Made by a program: the position numbers and the translations under genes. The notes beneath the pieces are model-generated. The model saw only the letters and a program-made list of their open reading frames with translations. It was not told where the DNA came from and ran no database searches. Below, one piece after another: positions 17,752 to 26,589 of a stretch of DNA of 64,000 nt. Position 1 is the stretch's first letter. Each line of letters opens with the position of its first letter. This stretch comes from Candidatus Omnitrophota bacterium (GTDB lineage Bacteria > Ratteibacteria > UBA8468 > B48-G9 > JAFGKM01), in NCBI GenBank assembly GCA_023819375.1, contig JAMWDI010000006.1, positions 35,730-99,729 on the forward strand. The letters are read 5' to 3'.

Positions 17752-19158
17752 ATGAAAATAAAAATTGAACATTTTTTTAGTTTTTTGTCCATCATTTATT
17801 TTTTAATTGTTTCTTTTCCTCATATTCCTACCTATAATAATATGTCTATTGATAGTGGTATTTATGCATATATTGGTCAACAGGTAAATAAAGGCAAAAT
17901 TTTGTATAAAGAGGTCTGGGATTATAAATTTCCTGCCATCTATTACATATATGCATTTCTTTTTAAAATTTTCCCAGATTCAAGATGGACATTATATTTT
18001 ACAGATGTTTTTATTCATGTATGTATGTTAATCTTAATATTTTTAATTTTGAAAATTTTTGAAAAAAGAGATTATTTCTGGATAATTTCTTTTCTCTTTA
18101 CCACAACTTACAGAATTTATCCTTGTTTTAGTGGGGGCAATTTAGCAGAACATTTCTTTTTATTTATATCTTTTATTTCTTTATATTTATTATTTAAAAA
18201 ACCTACAAAATTTTTTGATTTTACTCTTGGCAATTGTTTTGTCTGGATGTTAATGTTCAAACAACCTTATATTTTGATTGTGTTAATAATATTCTTATTT
18301 TTTAAAGATAGAATTTTAAAGGGCGAAAAAAAATTCTTCTTTTGTGGTTTTCTATTATCCTTTTTATTCTTTATTTGTGTGTTTTTAAAAGGAGCCCCTG
18401 AAAGTTTCGAAACGGTGACATTTCCTTTTAAAGTTACAAAAGAGAGTAATTTTATAACTTTAAATACTTTGAAAAACTTTTTAAATAACCTTGAGTATAA
18501 AATAAGGATAATTTTATTTGTTGGTCCAGGAAAGCAAGTCCTATTATTTTTACCTATTTTTTTCTTTGTAAAAGATAGATTAAAATTTCTCTTTTTTTCT
18601 TTATTCCTTTCTTTGCTATTTATTTATTTGACAACTTTCGCTTTGTACGCACATTATATACTTTTATTAAACATTTTAATTTTATTAGGGAGTATTATCT
18701 TGATAAAAAATTATCCAAAAAAATTTGCTTTATTTTTCCTTATTTTATTTACTTTATGGCCATTAACATTAATTAAAAAAAGGTTTATACATTCCTATAA
18801 TGCCTTTTATAAATTTTTTGTTTTGAAAGACCACAGAATAAGAGTATATCCAATTGTTTTTACTGTTGCAAAATATATTAAACCTAATGAAACTCTTTTT
18901 ATGATACCTGATTATTGTGAAGTTTATTTTATATTGAAAATTGAAAGTCCTTGGCGATTTTGTGGAATTGGACAAGGAATCCCAAATTATCCAAAATTTA
19001 AAAATGAATTAAAAAAACTTATTAGAGAAAAACCTCCTGATTATTTTTATCTTGAGATTTCAATTAAAGAATTTGAAAATATTTTTGATCTTAAACCAAG
19101 TGAATATAAGTTAACTTTTCTTGAAAACAATCTTTATAAATTTAAAATTTTAAAATAA
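17752..19158 (+). CDS. polytopic membrane protein, GT-C-like (paralog B of the plus-strand trio)
   Basis: 468 aa. IDSGIYAYIGQQVNKGKILYKEVWDYKFPAIYYIYAFLFKIFPDSRW, with the C-terminus KPPDYFYLE...YKFKILK. Paralog of the 15385 gene. Confidence 0.55.
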   Translation: MKIKIEHFFSFLSIIYFLIVSFPHIPTYNNMSIDSGIYAYIGQQVNKGKILYKEVWDYKFPAIYYIYAFLFKIFPDSRWTLYFTDVFIHVCMLILIFLILKIFEKRDYFWIISFLFTTTYRIYPCFSGGNLAEHFFLFISFISLYLLFKKPTKFFDFTLGNCFVWMLMFKQPYILIVLIIFLFFKDRILKGEKKFFFCGFLLSFLFFICVFLKGAPESFETVTFPFKVTKESNFITLNTLKNFLNNLEYKIRIILFVGPGKQVLLFLPIFFFVKDRLKFLFFSLFLSLLFIYLTTFALYAHYILLLNILILLGSIILIKNYPKKFALFFLILFTLWPLTLIKKRFIHSYNAFYKFFVLKDHRIRVYPIVFTVAKYIKPNETLFMIPDYCEVYFILKIESPWRFCGIGQGIPNYPKFKNELKKLIREKPPDYFYLEISIKEFENIFDLKPSEYKLTFLENNLYKFKILK

Positions 19159-20291
19159 AAATTTTGATAATTTTCAATCATTTTTTCTACTGAAAAATTT
19201 TTCTTTACTAATAAGTAATTTTTCTCACCCATACTCTTGCAAATTTCAGGATTTTGAAGTAAAAACAAAATTTTCTTTGAAATATCTTCTATATCTTTTG
19301 GTTTAACAAGAAATCCATTTATTCCATCATCTATTATTTCTTTTCCTCCACCATATTCAGAGCATATTACAGGCTTTTTACATGCCATTCCTTCAAGGAT
19401 TAAATTTGGCATACCTTCCCATAAAGAAATAAGAACAATTATATCTGAAATTTTTATTAATTTTGGTAAATCTTGTCTAAAACCTGTAAATATAATATCC
19501 TTTTCCAATCCTAAATTTTGAATTAATCTCTCAAGTTTTCCTCTTTCAGGTCCTTCCCCTACTATCAAGAATTTTACTTCTTCAAATTCTTCTTTAACCC
19601 TTTTGCTAACATATAAAAAGGTTTCTAAATTTTTCTCAAATGACAATCTACCGCCAGTAAGAACTATTTTTTCATTCTCAATTCCAAATTCTTTTTTCAA
19701 ATCATCAAATTCTATTTCGTCTTTCTCATATTTTTCTATTTCAATTCCATTATATATAACATCTACTTTTTCAATACTTGCATTTAACCTCTTTAAATAA
19801 ATGTTTTTAACTTCCTCTGAATTACAGACAATTTTTTTTGTAAATTTTAATAAAATTTTATCTATAAAGAGATGATACCATTTCTTCCATAAATCAAGAC
19901 TCCTTTCAGAAGCAATTATGACAGGGATTTTACATATAATTCCTGCAATTCTACCCCAGAAATTTGAAGTAAACATAAATGTGTGTAAAATGTTTGGTTT
20001 TTCTCTTTTAAGTATTTTTATTAATCGGAAAAGAATAAAAAGATCAAATTTATATTTTTTTTCCAGAATATAAAGTTTTGTTATTTTTTTAAAATCTTCT
20101 TTCATTCTTCCGCTTCTTAAAGAAATTAAAACAGTTTCAAAAATTTTCTTATCTAGATTTTTAATTAATAAATAAAGTTGTTTTTCTGCTCCACCAATTT
20201 GGAGAGTTCCTATAACAAAGCAAATTTTAATTTTCTTTGATGGATGAAATTTTATTTTGTCCTGCCCAGTTATACCACTTTTCAATATCAT
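19134..20291 (-). CDS. GT4 (group 1) glycosyltransferase
   Basis: IKICFVIGTLQIGGAEKQ at the N-terminus and the EGMPNLILEGMACKKPVI (E-x7-E region) at the C-terminus. The first ATG is at 20291; the track start at 20303 is a TTG. The 5' end overlaps the HEAT-repeat gene by about 65 nt. Confidence 0.8.
   Translation of the reverse strand: MILKSGITGQDKIKFHPSKKIKICFVIGTLQIGGAEKQLYLLIKNLDKKIFETVLISLRSGRMKEDFKKITKLYILEKKYKFDLFILFRLIKILKREKPNILHTFMFTSNFWGRIAGIICKIPVIIASERSLDLWKKWYHLFIDKILLKFTKKIVCNSEEVKNIYLKRLNASIEKVDVIYNGIEIEKYEKDEIEFDDLKKEFGIENEKIVLTGGRLSFEKNLETFLYVSKRVKEEFEEVKFLIVGEGPERGKLERLIQNLGLEKDIIFTGFRQDLPKLIKISDIIVLISLWEGMPNLILEGMACKKPVICSEYGGGKEIIDDGINGFLVKPKDIEDISKKILFLLQNPEICKSMGEKNYLLVKKNFSVEKMIENYQNFYFKILNL
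19141..19154. repeat. perfect 14-nt AT palindrome at a convergent gene overlap
   Basis: TTTAAAATTTTAAA is its own reverse complement. It lies inside the 25-nt overlap of the 3' ends of the 17752-19158 (+) and 19134-20291 (-) genes. Confidence 0.6.
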
Positions 20292-21408
20292 ATCCCAAAT
20301 CAATACCTGTTATTTTTTTTAATGATTCTCTTGCAATTTTTTTAAGTTCGTAATTTTCACTTTTTAATAAATTAATCAATGAATAAATAGCTCTTTTGTC
20401 TCTAATTTCACCAAGAGCATAGGCAGAATATTCTCTGATGAGTAAGTGGTATCTGTCATTCAAATTTGATATAAGTGGCAATGTTGCTCTTTTATCTTTA
20501 AAAACTGCAAGGGCTTTTATTGCTTCAAGTTTTACTTCTATTTGTTTATCATAAATTAAATTCAAAATTGGTTCAAAAAATCTTACATTATTAAATTCAC
20601 AGGCAGATTTAATACTTGCAATTTTTACATACCAGTTTGAATCATTTAGCAATTCTATTAAACAAGAAATTGTTCTGGGATTTTTTATTTTTCCAAAAGT
20701 TTCAGCGATCTCTTTTCTTACAAAATTATTCTTATCATTGACAAGTGGAATTAATTTTTCAACATCAACATTTTCTTTTATTTCCCCTATTGACCAAATT
20801 GCATATTTTCTTATTTCCCAATTTTTATCTTTCAAACATTCATAAAGATAAGGAAGAGATTTTTTGATTTTATTTTGTCCAAAATAAATTATTATTTTTA
20901 TTTTTGTGTTATCATCTTGATTTTTGACAAAATTTATTAAAAAATCTATTTCATCTTCATGTTTTGCCAAAATCATAAGGGCTTTTTCTCTAATTTCTGA
21001 ATCTTCAGTATTTATTAAATTTTCAAGAGTTTTTATTCCATTTTTATCGTTCATTTCGTCTACTAACTCAATCATTTTTAATTTTTTCTTTTTTGAAACT
21101 TCTGGATCATTTAGTTTTTCAAAAATATATGGTAGTATGTCAGGACCAATTTTTAACAACGTTTTCTTACTTTCCTCTGAAGGAGTTGTTTTTCCTAAAT
21201 TTTTATCTGCTATAACTGTTTCATCGTCAAGAATATCTAAAAGATAAGGAATACTTTCTCTTATTTCACATTTAAAGTTTCTTAATCTATAAGCAGAGAG
21301 GGCTTTTTTTAAAGCATTGTTTGATTTTAAATTTTCAATTTCTATTTGTAGTTCTTGTGAAAATAAAACTGAAAGAATTGAAAAGAAAATTAAAAAATAT
21401 TTTCTCAT
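20227..21408 (-). CDS. secreted HEAT-repeat (PBS-lyase HEAT-like) protein
   Basis: I prefer the start MRKYFLIFFSILSVLFSQ, which is signal-peptide-like. Its ATG is at 21408, with a GGAGAA-type SD at 21413-21420. The sequence has repeated DxNWxVRxxAxxxLGxI-type units (for example KDKNWEIRKYAIWSIGEI and DSNWYVKIASIKS). Confidence 0.7.
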   Translation of the reverse strand: MRKYFLIFFSILSVLFSQELQIEIENLKSNNALKKALSAYRLRNFKCEIRESIPYLLDILDDETVIADKNLGKTTPSEESKKTLLKIGPDILPYIFEKLNDPEVSKKKKLKMIELVDEMNDKNGIKTLENLINTEDSEIREKALMILAKHEDEIDFLINFVKNQDDNTKIKIIIYFGQNKIKKSLPYLYECLKDKNWEIRKYAIWSIGEIKENVDVEKLIPLVNDKNNFVRKEIAETFGKIKNPRTISCLIELLNDSNWYVKIASIKSACEFNNVRFFEPILNLIYDKQIEVKLEAIKALAVFKDKRATLPLISNLNDRYHLLIREYSAYALGEIRDKRAIYSLINLLKSENYELKKIARESLKKITGIDLGYDIEKWYNWAGQNKISSIKEN

Positions 21409-21424
21409 TTTTTTTCTCCTTCTC

Positions 21425-23314
21425 TTAATTAATTTTATAAATTTTTCTCCATAATTCAAAAACAAGAATAAGAAATAATCTTGCCGAATGATCAACTTTT
21501 CCTTCTATGTGCTCATCAATTATATTTTTTACAATTTTAAAATCAAATAAATCCAGTTTGTTAAATTCATTATCTAAAAGAATTTCTTTTAAATAATTTC
21601 TTAATTCCTCCCTAAACCATTTTCCAAGAGGAACACCAAATCCCATTTTTTTTCTTTTCAAAATTTCCTCTGGTAAGAAATTTTTTAGTTTTTCTTTCAA
21701 TATATATTTACTAATATTTCTTCTTAATTTCAAATCTGCAGGAAAAGTTGAAATAAGTTCTATAAATTCTGTATCCAAAAATGGACTTCTTCCTTCAATA
21801 GAATTTGACATGCAGGCAATATCCATTTTAACAAGTAGAACTTCTGGAAGATAAAGATTAAAATCGCAAAAAATCATTTTTTCAAGCAAATCCCAGTTGT
21901 TTGTTTTTTCCCATAATTTCTCTGTTATTTCAAATGAATTATAATTTTTAAGTATATTTTTGAAATTCTTACTATACAATTTTTGTTTCCATTCGGGCGA
22001 AAAAGATGTTAAACGCCTTGAATAGGCAAAACAAAAACCATTATCATCTGCTTCTTGTAGCCATTTTAAGATACGAGAAATCAAGGAATAGGGTTTCCAA
22101 TCATAAATTTTCTTGATTAATATTTTAGTATTTTTGTTAAGTGTCCCAGATATTTTGAAAATTTTATATAATTTTTCAAGTAATTTTGTTTGATAATATC
22201 TTGGATATCCTGCAAAATTTTCATCTCCCCCATCTCCATTAAGTGCAACTTTAACATATTTGCTTGTTTGTTGTGCTATATAGTAAGTTGGAATCATTGA
22301 AGAATCACCAAATGGTTCATTATAATACCAAACAAGTTTTGGCAATATTTCTATAATATTGGGTTTAACAACAAATTCATAATGTTCTGTTTTAAATTTT
22401 TCTGCCACAATTCTCGCATATTTTAATTCATTAAAGTTCTTGACATCAAAACCAACAGAAAATGTTTTTATGGGCTGACTTGATAAATTACTTATAATTC
22501 CAACAATAGTTGAAGAGTCAATTCCTCCTGATAAAAAGGCACCAATTGGGACATCTGCTATCATTCTTATTTTTGTTGCTTCTTTTAATTTTTCCCATAA
22601 AAGTTCTTTATATTCATTTTCATTTCTTAAATATAGTTTCTTATTAAAATCAATTTCCCAATACTTTTTTATTTTTATTTCTCCGTTTCTGTATATTAAA
22701 TAATGGGCAGGCTGTAATTTTTTAATGTTTTCAAATATAGTTTTTGGTGATGGTATTGCTTGATATGTAAAAAAATTATCAATGGCCTTAAAGTCAATCT
22801 TTTTTTCAATTTCTGGAACTTGCAGTAAACCTTTAATTTCAGAAGCAAAATAAAAATTTCCATTTTTGATTGTATAAACAAGAGGTTTTTTTCCAAGACG
22901 GTCTCTTGCAAGGAATAAAATTTTGTTTCTTTTGTCCCATATCGCAAAAGCAAACATCCCTCTTAGATAATTTAAACAATTCTCCTTTTCTTCTTCATAA
23001 AGATGAACAATGACTTCATTATCTGATTTTGTTTGGAAAATATGTCCATTTTTTTCGAGATTTTTTCTTAAATCAATAAAATTGTATATTTCACCATTAC
23101 AAACTAAAATCAAACTCTTATCTTCATTAAATAATGGTTGTTTTCCTGTTTCTAAGTCAATTATACTTAATCTCTTATGTCCTAATCCAACATTTTCTTC
23201 AAAAAAATAACCTTCTTCATCTGGCCCCCTATAATTCATAATTTCAATCATTTTTTTTAATTCTTCAATTTTTACCTTTTCTGCTTTTTTAATTATTCCA
23301 ACTATTGCACACAT
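21425..23314 (-). CDS. asnB: asparagine synthase (glutamine-hydrolysing) family amidotransferase
   Basis: 629 aa. Ntn Cys2 (MCAIVGI), HRLSIIDL, and the PP-loop SGGIDSS. Confidence 0.85.
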   Translation of the reverse strand: MCAIVGIIKKAEKVKIEELKKMIEIMNYRGPDEEGYFFEENVGLGHKRLSIIDLETGKQPLFNEDKSLILVCNGEIYNFIDLRKNLEKNGHIFQTKSDNEVIVHLYEEEKENCLNYLRGMFAFAIWDKRNKILFLARDRLGKKPLVYTIKNGNFYFASEIKGLLQVPEIEKKIDFKAIDNFFTYQAIPSPKTIFENIKKLQPAHYLIYRNGEIKIKKYWEIDFNKKLYLRNENEYKELLWEKLKEATKIRMIADVPIGAFLSGGIDSSTIVGIISNLSSQPIKTFSVGFDVKNFNELKYARIVAEKFKTEHYEFVVKPNIIEILPKLVWYYNEPFGDSSMIPTYYIAQQTSKYVKVALNGDGGDENFAGYPRYYQTKLLEKLYKIFKISGTLNKNTKILIKKIYDWKPYSLISRILKWLQEADDNGFCFAYSRRLTSFSPEWKQKLYSKNFKNILKNYNSFEITEKLWEKTNNWDLLEKMIFCDFNLYLPEVLLVKMDIACMSNSIEGRSPFLDTEFIELISTFPADLKLRRNISKYILKEKLKNFLPEEILKRKKMGFGVPLGKWFREELRNYLKEILLDNEFNKLDLFDFKIVKNIIDEHIEGKVDHSARLFLILVFELWRKIYKIN

Positions 23315-24456
23315 TATTTAAGTACCTCTTTATAAATATTTAAAATACACCTAATACAGTTTTCCCATGTAAAAATTTTACTTCTTTTTACACCTTTTTC
23401 TCTTAAATCTTCTTTTAAATTATCATTTTTTAAAATATTGAATATTTTGTCAACTGCGTCATCTCTCTCAAATGGATTTACATAAATACCAGCATCCTGA
23501 ACTATTTCAGGTAAAGAAGAAATATTTGAAACAATAACAGGGGCTCCACAACTCATTGCTTCAACTACTGGAAGTCCAAAGCCTTCATAGAGTGAGAGAA
23601 AAATAAAAATTTCAGCACCAGAATAAAAATAAGGCATATCTTCTTTTGGAATTTCAGAAAAACAATAAACATGTTCTGAAATGTTCTTTTCCATTGCAAG
23701 TTTCAAAATATCTTTTTTTAAATAGTTAGTTCCAACAATTATTACAAGTTTTTCCTCAATTTTCTTTTCTTTTAAAATTTTGTAAATATCAAATAAAAAT
23801 GGGATATTTTTCCTTTTTATAGAAGTTGCAACTGTTAAGATATATCTTTCATAACTAAAATATTTTTTCAGTTTTTCAAAAGCATATTTCTTTTCAATTG
23901 GTCTGAAAACTTTGTGATTTACTCCCAAATAAACAACTTTTATTCTTTCTTCTGGAAGTTTATAAATTTCCATTATATCTTTTTTGGTTGAAAAAGAAGG
24001 GACTATGATTATATCACTTCTTATTGCTGAACTCTTTATTTCAGAATACCATTTTTCTTTATAAACTTCTGGCATAATTTCAAAAGATAAATCATAAATT
24101 GTATAAATTGTTTTAATTTTTTTAAACAAAGGAAGATATGTTGCAGAAATTCCATGATAGATTGAAATTTTTTCTCTTTTTAATAATGTTTCAATAAAGG
24201 GGATTTTAAATTTTTCTTCTACAATTTTTATGAATTTTTTAGGAAATGGTAAAATTTTTAAAGAAAAATTATTAGATTCTGGAATCTGAATATTTTTTAT
24301 TCTTTTCCAATAATTTTTTAAAAAAAAACCAAAAATTAAATATTCATTTTCTTTATCAATTGAACTTAAAGTATCCAAAAGTTCCGGAAGTAGATAATAA
24401 ATCCCACCTTTTTCTGTTGAACTCAAACCGATACCAGCATCTATACATATTTTCAT
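23314..24456 (-). CDS. GT4 glycosyltransferase (paralog of the 25436 gene)
   Basis: 380 aa. EGFGLPVVEAMSCGAPVIVSNISSLPEI. The N- and C-terminal blocks are shared with the 25436-26587 gene. Confidence 0.8.
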   Translation of the reverse strand: MKICIDAGIGLSSTEKGGIYYLLPELLDTLSSIDKENEYLIFGFFLKNYWKRIKNIQIPESNNFSLKILPFPKKFIKIVEEKFKIPFIETLLKREKISIYHGISATYLPLFKKIKTIYTIYDLSFEIMPEVYKEKWYSEIKSSAIRSDIIIVPSFSTKKDIMEIYKLPEERIKVVYLGVNHKVFRPIEKKYAFEKLKKYFSYERYILTVATSIKRKNIPFLFDIYKILKEKKIEEKLVIIVGTNYLKKDILKLAMEKNISEHVYCFSEIPKEDMPYFYSGAEIFIFLSLYEGFGLPVVEAMSCGAPVIVSNISSLPEIVQDAGIYVNPFERDDAVDKIFNILKNDNLKEDLREKGVKRSKIFTWENCIRCILNIYKEVLK

Positions 24457-25439
24457 TTTTTAATTTTTAATTCAAGTTCTTTTAAATCATTTTCAACCAT
24501 TATTCTCACAAGTTCTTCAAATTTCACCTTTGGTTGCCATCCAAGTTTGGTTTTTATTTTTGTAATATTGCCCCTTAATTCATAAACTTCTGCAGGTCTA
24601 AAAAGAGTTTTATCAATTTCAACATATTTTTCCCAATTTAGGTTAACTATTTTAAATGCAAGTTCTACAAATTCTTTAACTGAATGAGTTTCTCCAGTTG
24701 CAATTACATAATCTTCTGGTTTTTCCTGCTGTAACATTAAATACATTGCTTCAACATATTCAGGAGCATAGCCCCAGTCTCTTTTTGCTTCAAGATTTCC
24801 AAGTTTTATTTTATCTAAAAGCCCCAATTTGATCATAGCAACACCTCTTGAAATTTTCCTTGTAACAAATTCAAAACCTCTTCTTGGAGATTCATGATTA
24901 AAACAAATACCACTACAAGCAAACATATTATATGCTTCCCTATAGTTTTTTGTAAAATAATATCCAACAACTTTTGAAATACCATAAGGAGATCTTGGAT
25001 TAAAAGGTGTATTTTCATTTTGTGGCGTTTCAATTGCCATTCCAAACATTTCACTTGATGCAGCAAAATAAAATTTACAATCTGGTTTTCTATTTTTTAA
25101 AGCAGAAAGAATATAAATTGTTCCATTTATATTTGTATTTAAAGTTGAAAATTCATCTTCAAAGGAATAACTTACAAAACTTTGTGCTGCAAGATGATAA
25201 CATTCATCAGGTTTAACTTTTTCAACTATGTTATATATACTTGCATAACTTTCAAGAGAACCACAATGAAGATGAATTTTATCAACTATATGTCTTATTC
25301 TCCATAATCTATGCTCAGGATCTTCAAAAGCCACTCTCCTTACTATTCCATGGACTTCATATCCCTTTTCAAGCAATAATTCAGCAAGATATGAACCATC
25401 CTGACCCGTAATTCCAGTTATTAATGCCCTTTTTTTCAT
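24453..25439 (-). CDS. gmd: GDP-mannose 4,6-dehydratase
   Basis: 328 aa. ALITGITGQDGSYLAELLLEKGYEVHGIVRR is the canonical Gmd N-terminus, and the YGISK catalytic YxxxK is present. Confidence 0.9.
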   Translation of the reverse strand: MKKRALITGITGQDGSYLAELLLEKGYEVHGIVRRVAFEDPEHRLWRIRHIVDKIHLHCGSLESYASIYNIVEKVKPDECYHLAAQSFVSYSFEDEFSTLNTNINGTIYILSALKNRKPDCKFYFAASSEMFGMAIETPQNENTPFNPRSPYGISKVVGYYFTKNYREAYNMFACSGICFNHESPRRGFEFVTRKISRGVAMIKLGLLDKIKLGNLEAKRDWGYAPEYVEAMYLMLQQEKPEDYVIATGETHSVKEFVELAFKIVNLNWEKYVEIDKTLFRPAEVYELRGNITKIKTKLGWQPKVKFEELVRIMVENDLKELELKIKK

Positions 25440-26587
25440 ACTACCTCCTTTTTTAACCTCTTATAAATTTCTAATGTCTCTTTAGCGGTCTTTTCCCAAC
25501 TAAATAATTTTGCTCTTTCCAGTCCCTTATTTATTAATTCATTCCTTAATTCAACATTTGTTAAAATTTTTTCTATAGCATAAACTATCTCTTCTATATT
25601 GTAAGGGTTGACTAAAATACCAGCATTACCTGCAACTTCCGGTAAAGAGGAAATGTTTGAAGTGATGACTGGAACTCCACAGGCCATTGCTTCAATTACT
25701 GGTAATCCAAATCCTTCATATAAAGATGGATATACAAAGACTTCACATCCATTATAAAGATAAGGCATTTCATAAATTGGAACATATCCTGTAAGTATTA
25801 TATCTTTTGTTATTTTTTCAGGGATTTCAGCCATTTTTTTGTAAAAAATTTCTGATTTCCAACCAATCTGACCACAAATGACAAGTTGCAATTCAGGAAT
25901 TTTATTTTTTATTAAAATAAAAGCGTCAATCAATCTTATTATATTTTTTCTTGGTTCAATTGTTCCAACAAAAAGTAAATATTTTTTTGTAATTCCATAT
26001 TTCTTTTTTACATTTTCTATTTTTTCTTTATCTTCTAATTTTTTATAAATTTCAGATGGAGCAAGATAGACAACATCTATTTTTTCAGAATTTAATTTGA
26101 AATAGTTTATAAGGTCATTTTTTGTTGAAAAAGAATCTGCAATAATTTTATCAACTCTTTTAACTGCTCTTAAAATAATAAATTTAAATTTTTCATAATG
26201 TAAGGGTAAAAACCAATCAGGATTAATTAAAGGTGTTATATCATGTATAGTAATGACTTGTTTTCCTAAAATATTGACTGGTGAAAAGGGGTGCAAAGTA
26301 TGAATTATATCAAATTTCCCATGGTAAAATTCTATTGGTATAAATGTCTGAACTGTATAATTATAAATTTTATTTGAAAAGAACTTAATACTTACCTTAA
26401 AATTTTTCTGCTTGAATTCTTCTTTAATTTTTTTCATTTCTTTATATTTCTTTATCGAAACTGCATAAAGAATATAAAAATTTTCAGTATCAATTTTGCT
26501 TAAATTTTTCAAAAGATTATAAGAATACCAACCAATCCCTGCTTTTTTGTTCCATGCTAAAGGAGTAATGTCAATTCCTATCTTCAT
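25436..26587 (-). CDS. GT4 glycosyltransferase (paralog of the 23314 gene)
   Basis: 383 aa. EGFGLPVIEAMACGVPVITSNISSLPEV. Confidence 0.8.
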   Translation of the reverse strand: MKIGIDITPLAWNKKAGIGWYSYNLLKNLSKIDTENFYILYAVSIKKYKEMKKIKEEFKQKNFKVSIKFFSNKIYNYTVQTFIPIEFYHGKFDIIHTLHPFSPVNILGKQVITIHDITPLINPDWFLPLHYEKFKFIILRAVKRVDKIIADSFSTKNDLINYFKLNSEKIDVVYLAPSEIYKKLEDKEKIENVKKKYGITKKYLLFVGTIEPRKNIIRLIDAFILIKNKIPELQLVICGQIGWKSEIFYKKMAEIPEKITKDIILTGYVPIYEMPYLYNGCEVFVYPSLYEGFGLPVIEAMACGVPVITSNISSLPEVAGNAGILVNPYNIEEIVYAIEKILTNVELRNELINKGLERAKLFSWEKTAKETLEIYKRLKKEVV

Positions 26588-26589
26588 TT

